From Abditibacteriaceae bacterium (lineage in GTDB: Bacteria > Armatimonadota > Abditibacteriia > Abditibacteriales > Abditibacteriaceae), in contig OZ255721.1 of the NCBI GenBank assembly GCA_965277285.1, positions 3,328,001-3,392,000 on the forward strand: a DNA stretch of 64,000 nucleotides, written 5' to 3'. Shown in pieces: positions 63,207 through 64,000 of this stretch (position 1 is its first letter; the number at the start of each line of letters is the position of its first letter). The notes under the pieces were generated by a model that was given only the letters and a program-made list of their open reading frames with translations, was not told the origin of the DNA and made no database searches. A program made the position numbers and the translations under genes.

Positions 63207-64000
63207 ATGAAGCGATTTTCCTGGAAACGAGTACTCATTGCGGCGTGCGGCATGGCGACGTTCGGCGGCGCGCTGTCGTTGAACGTGCCGCAAGCCGCAC
63301 ACGCGCAAACATCCGCCTCGGGCGATGCGCACACGATTTACTTGTGGGACGGCACCGGCGCGACTGACGCTAATGTTTCAATTCATACGTGGGGCAACGG
63401 CAGCGCCAAAGTGAATAAACCTGTCGATTACCCGAGTCGCAGCGCACTTCTGGTGACGACGCATAACCTTTATGAAGGCGCGCGTTTTGTTTTCGCGCAA
63501 CCCATCGATTTGACGCCATATCGTTCGGGGTTTCTGCGTTTGCGCCTGCGCTCGCAACGCCAAACCGATCTGATGAGCGGCAACGGTAACGCCTCAGGTC
63601 GCTTTGGTGCTTCGGGCTATCCTGGTGCTTCAGGTTATCCTGGTGCTTCGAGTGGCATCCCAAGCACTGGTTCCCCTGCATCAGGCGTTGCTTCTCCTTA
63701 TACAGGCGCCCCATCTGGTGTTCCCGGCACTCCAAGTGGTTATGGTGCTCCAGGTGGTTATGGTGCTCCAGGTGGTTATGGTGCTCCAGGTGGTTATGGT
63801 GCTCCAGGTGGTTATGGTGCTCCAGGTGGTTATGGTGCTCCAGGTGGTTATGGTGCTCCAGGTGGTTTCGGGGGCCAGGGTGGTTATGGCGGCGCGGGCG
63901 GTTCCGGTTATGGTGCTCCAGGTGCTGCGACTGGCGGCTACAATCCTTACCCGTCGGCGACACCATCAGCGACGCCCGATCCGATGCTGGATGTACCGGC
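63207..64000 (+). CDS. Secreted protein with a Gly/Tyr/Pro low-complexity region (runs off window)
   Basis: Not in the ORF track. GAGGAG RBS; manual translation MKRFSWKRVLIAACGMATFGGALSLNVPQAAHAQ...; the frame carries on through the GGYGAP repeats. Confidence 0.8.
   Translation, partial: MKRFSWKRVLIAACGMATFGGALSLNVPQAAHAQTSASGDAHTIYLWDGTGATDANVSIHTWGNGSAKVNKPVDYPSRSALLVTTHNLYEGARFVFAQPIDLTPYRSGFLRLRLRSQRQTDLMSGNGNASGRFGASGYPGASGYPGASSGIPSTGSPASGVASPYTGAPSGVPGTPSGYGAPGGYGAPGGYGAPGGYGAPGGYGAPGGYGAPGGYGAPGGFGGQGGYGGAGGSGYGAPGAATGGYNPYPSATPSATPDPMLDVP
63735..63860 (+). repeat. 18-bp tandem repeat x7 (GGTGGTTATGGTGCTCCA, encoding GGYGAP)
   Basis: Six identical units plus a first unit with one mismatch; in frame with the 63207 CDS. 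Confidence 0.95.

Noticed and set aside
63735..63860. Tandem repeat as a CRISPR array
   Set aside because: Contiguous 18-bp units with no spacers, in a coding frame
63370..63966. Minus-strand ORF with (HHNHLE)n, apparently a His-rich metal-binding protein
   Set aside because: It is the antisense shadow of the GGYGAP repeat; the plus-strand frame has an RBS and a signal peptide

Overview
Bacterial chromosomal window, mostly housekeeping genes with small accessory inserts. The gene style tentatively suggests an Armatimonadota/Abditibacteriota-like organism, but this is inference only. In order it holds a complete suf Fe-S operon (sufBCDSE), a sigma-54 cluster (rpoN, kinase, NtrC-type activator, receiver), secreted glycosidase-like proteins, apaG, a PilB/GspE ATPase, an IS5-family element that interrupts a gene, mrr, two-component systems, gyrB and gyrA split by a toxin-antitoxin islet, a TlpA/LolA-like paralog array, recA, cinA and hemW. 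The dominant unexplained signal is the 12-bp palindrome TCGAGTACTCGA. By manual reading I found 46 perfect copies plus 8 more with the intact 10-bp core CGAGTACTCG, about one per 1.2 kb against roughly 0.004 perfect copies expected by chance. Copies occur in intergenic DNA and in all three reading frames of genes, including sufS, gyrA and gyrB. They are scarce inside AT-richer, apparently foreign genes, and most decayed copies differ by CpG transitions. This looks like a highly iterated palindrome system analogous to, but distinct from, cyanobacterial HIP1. Several REP/MITE-like inverted-repeat families also occupy the intergenic spaces. Counts and start codons were read by eye.
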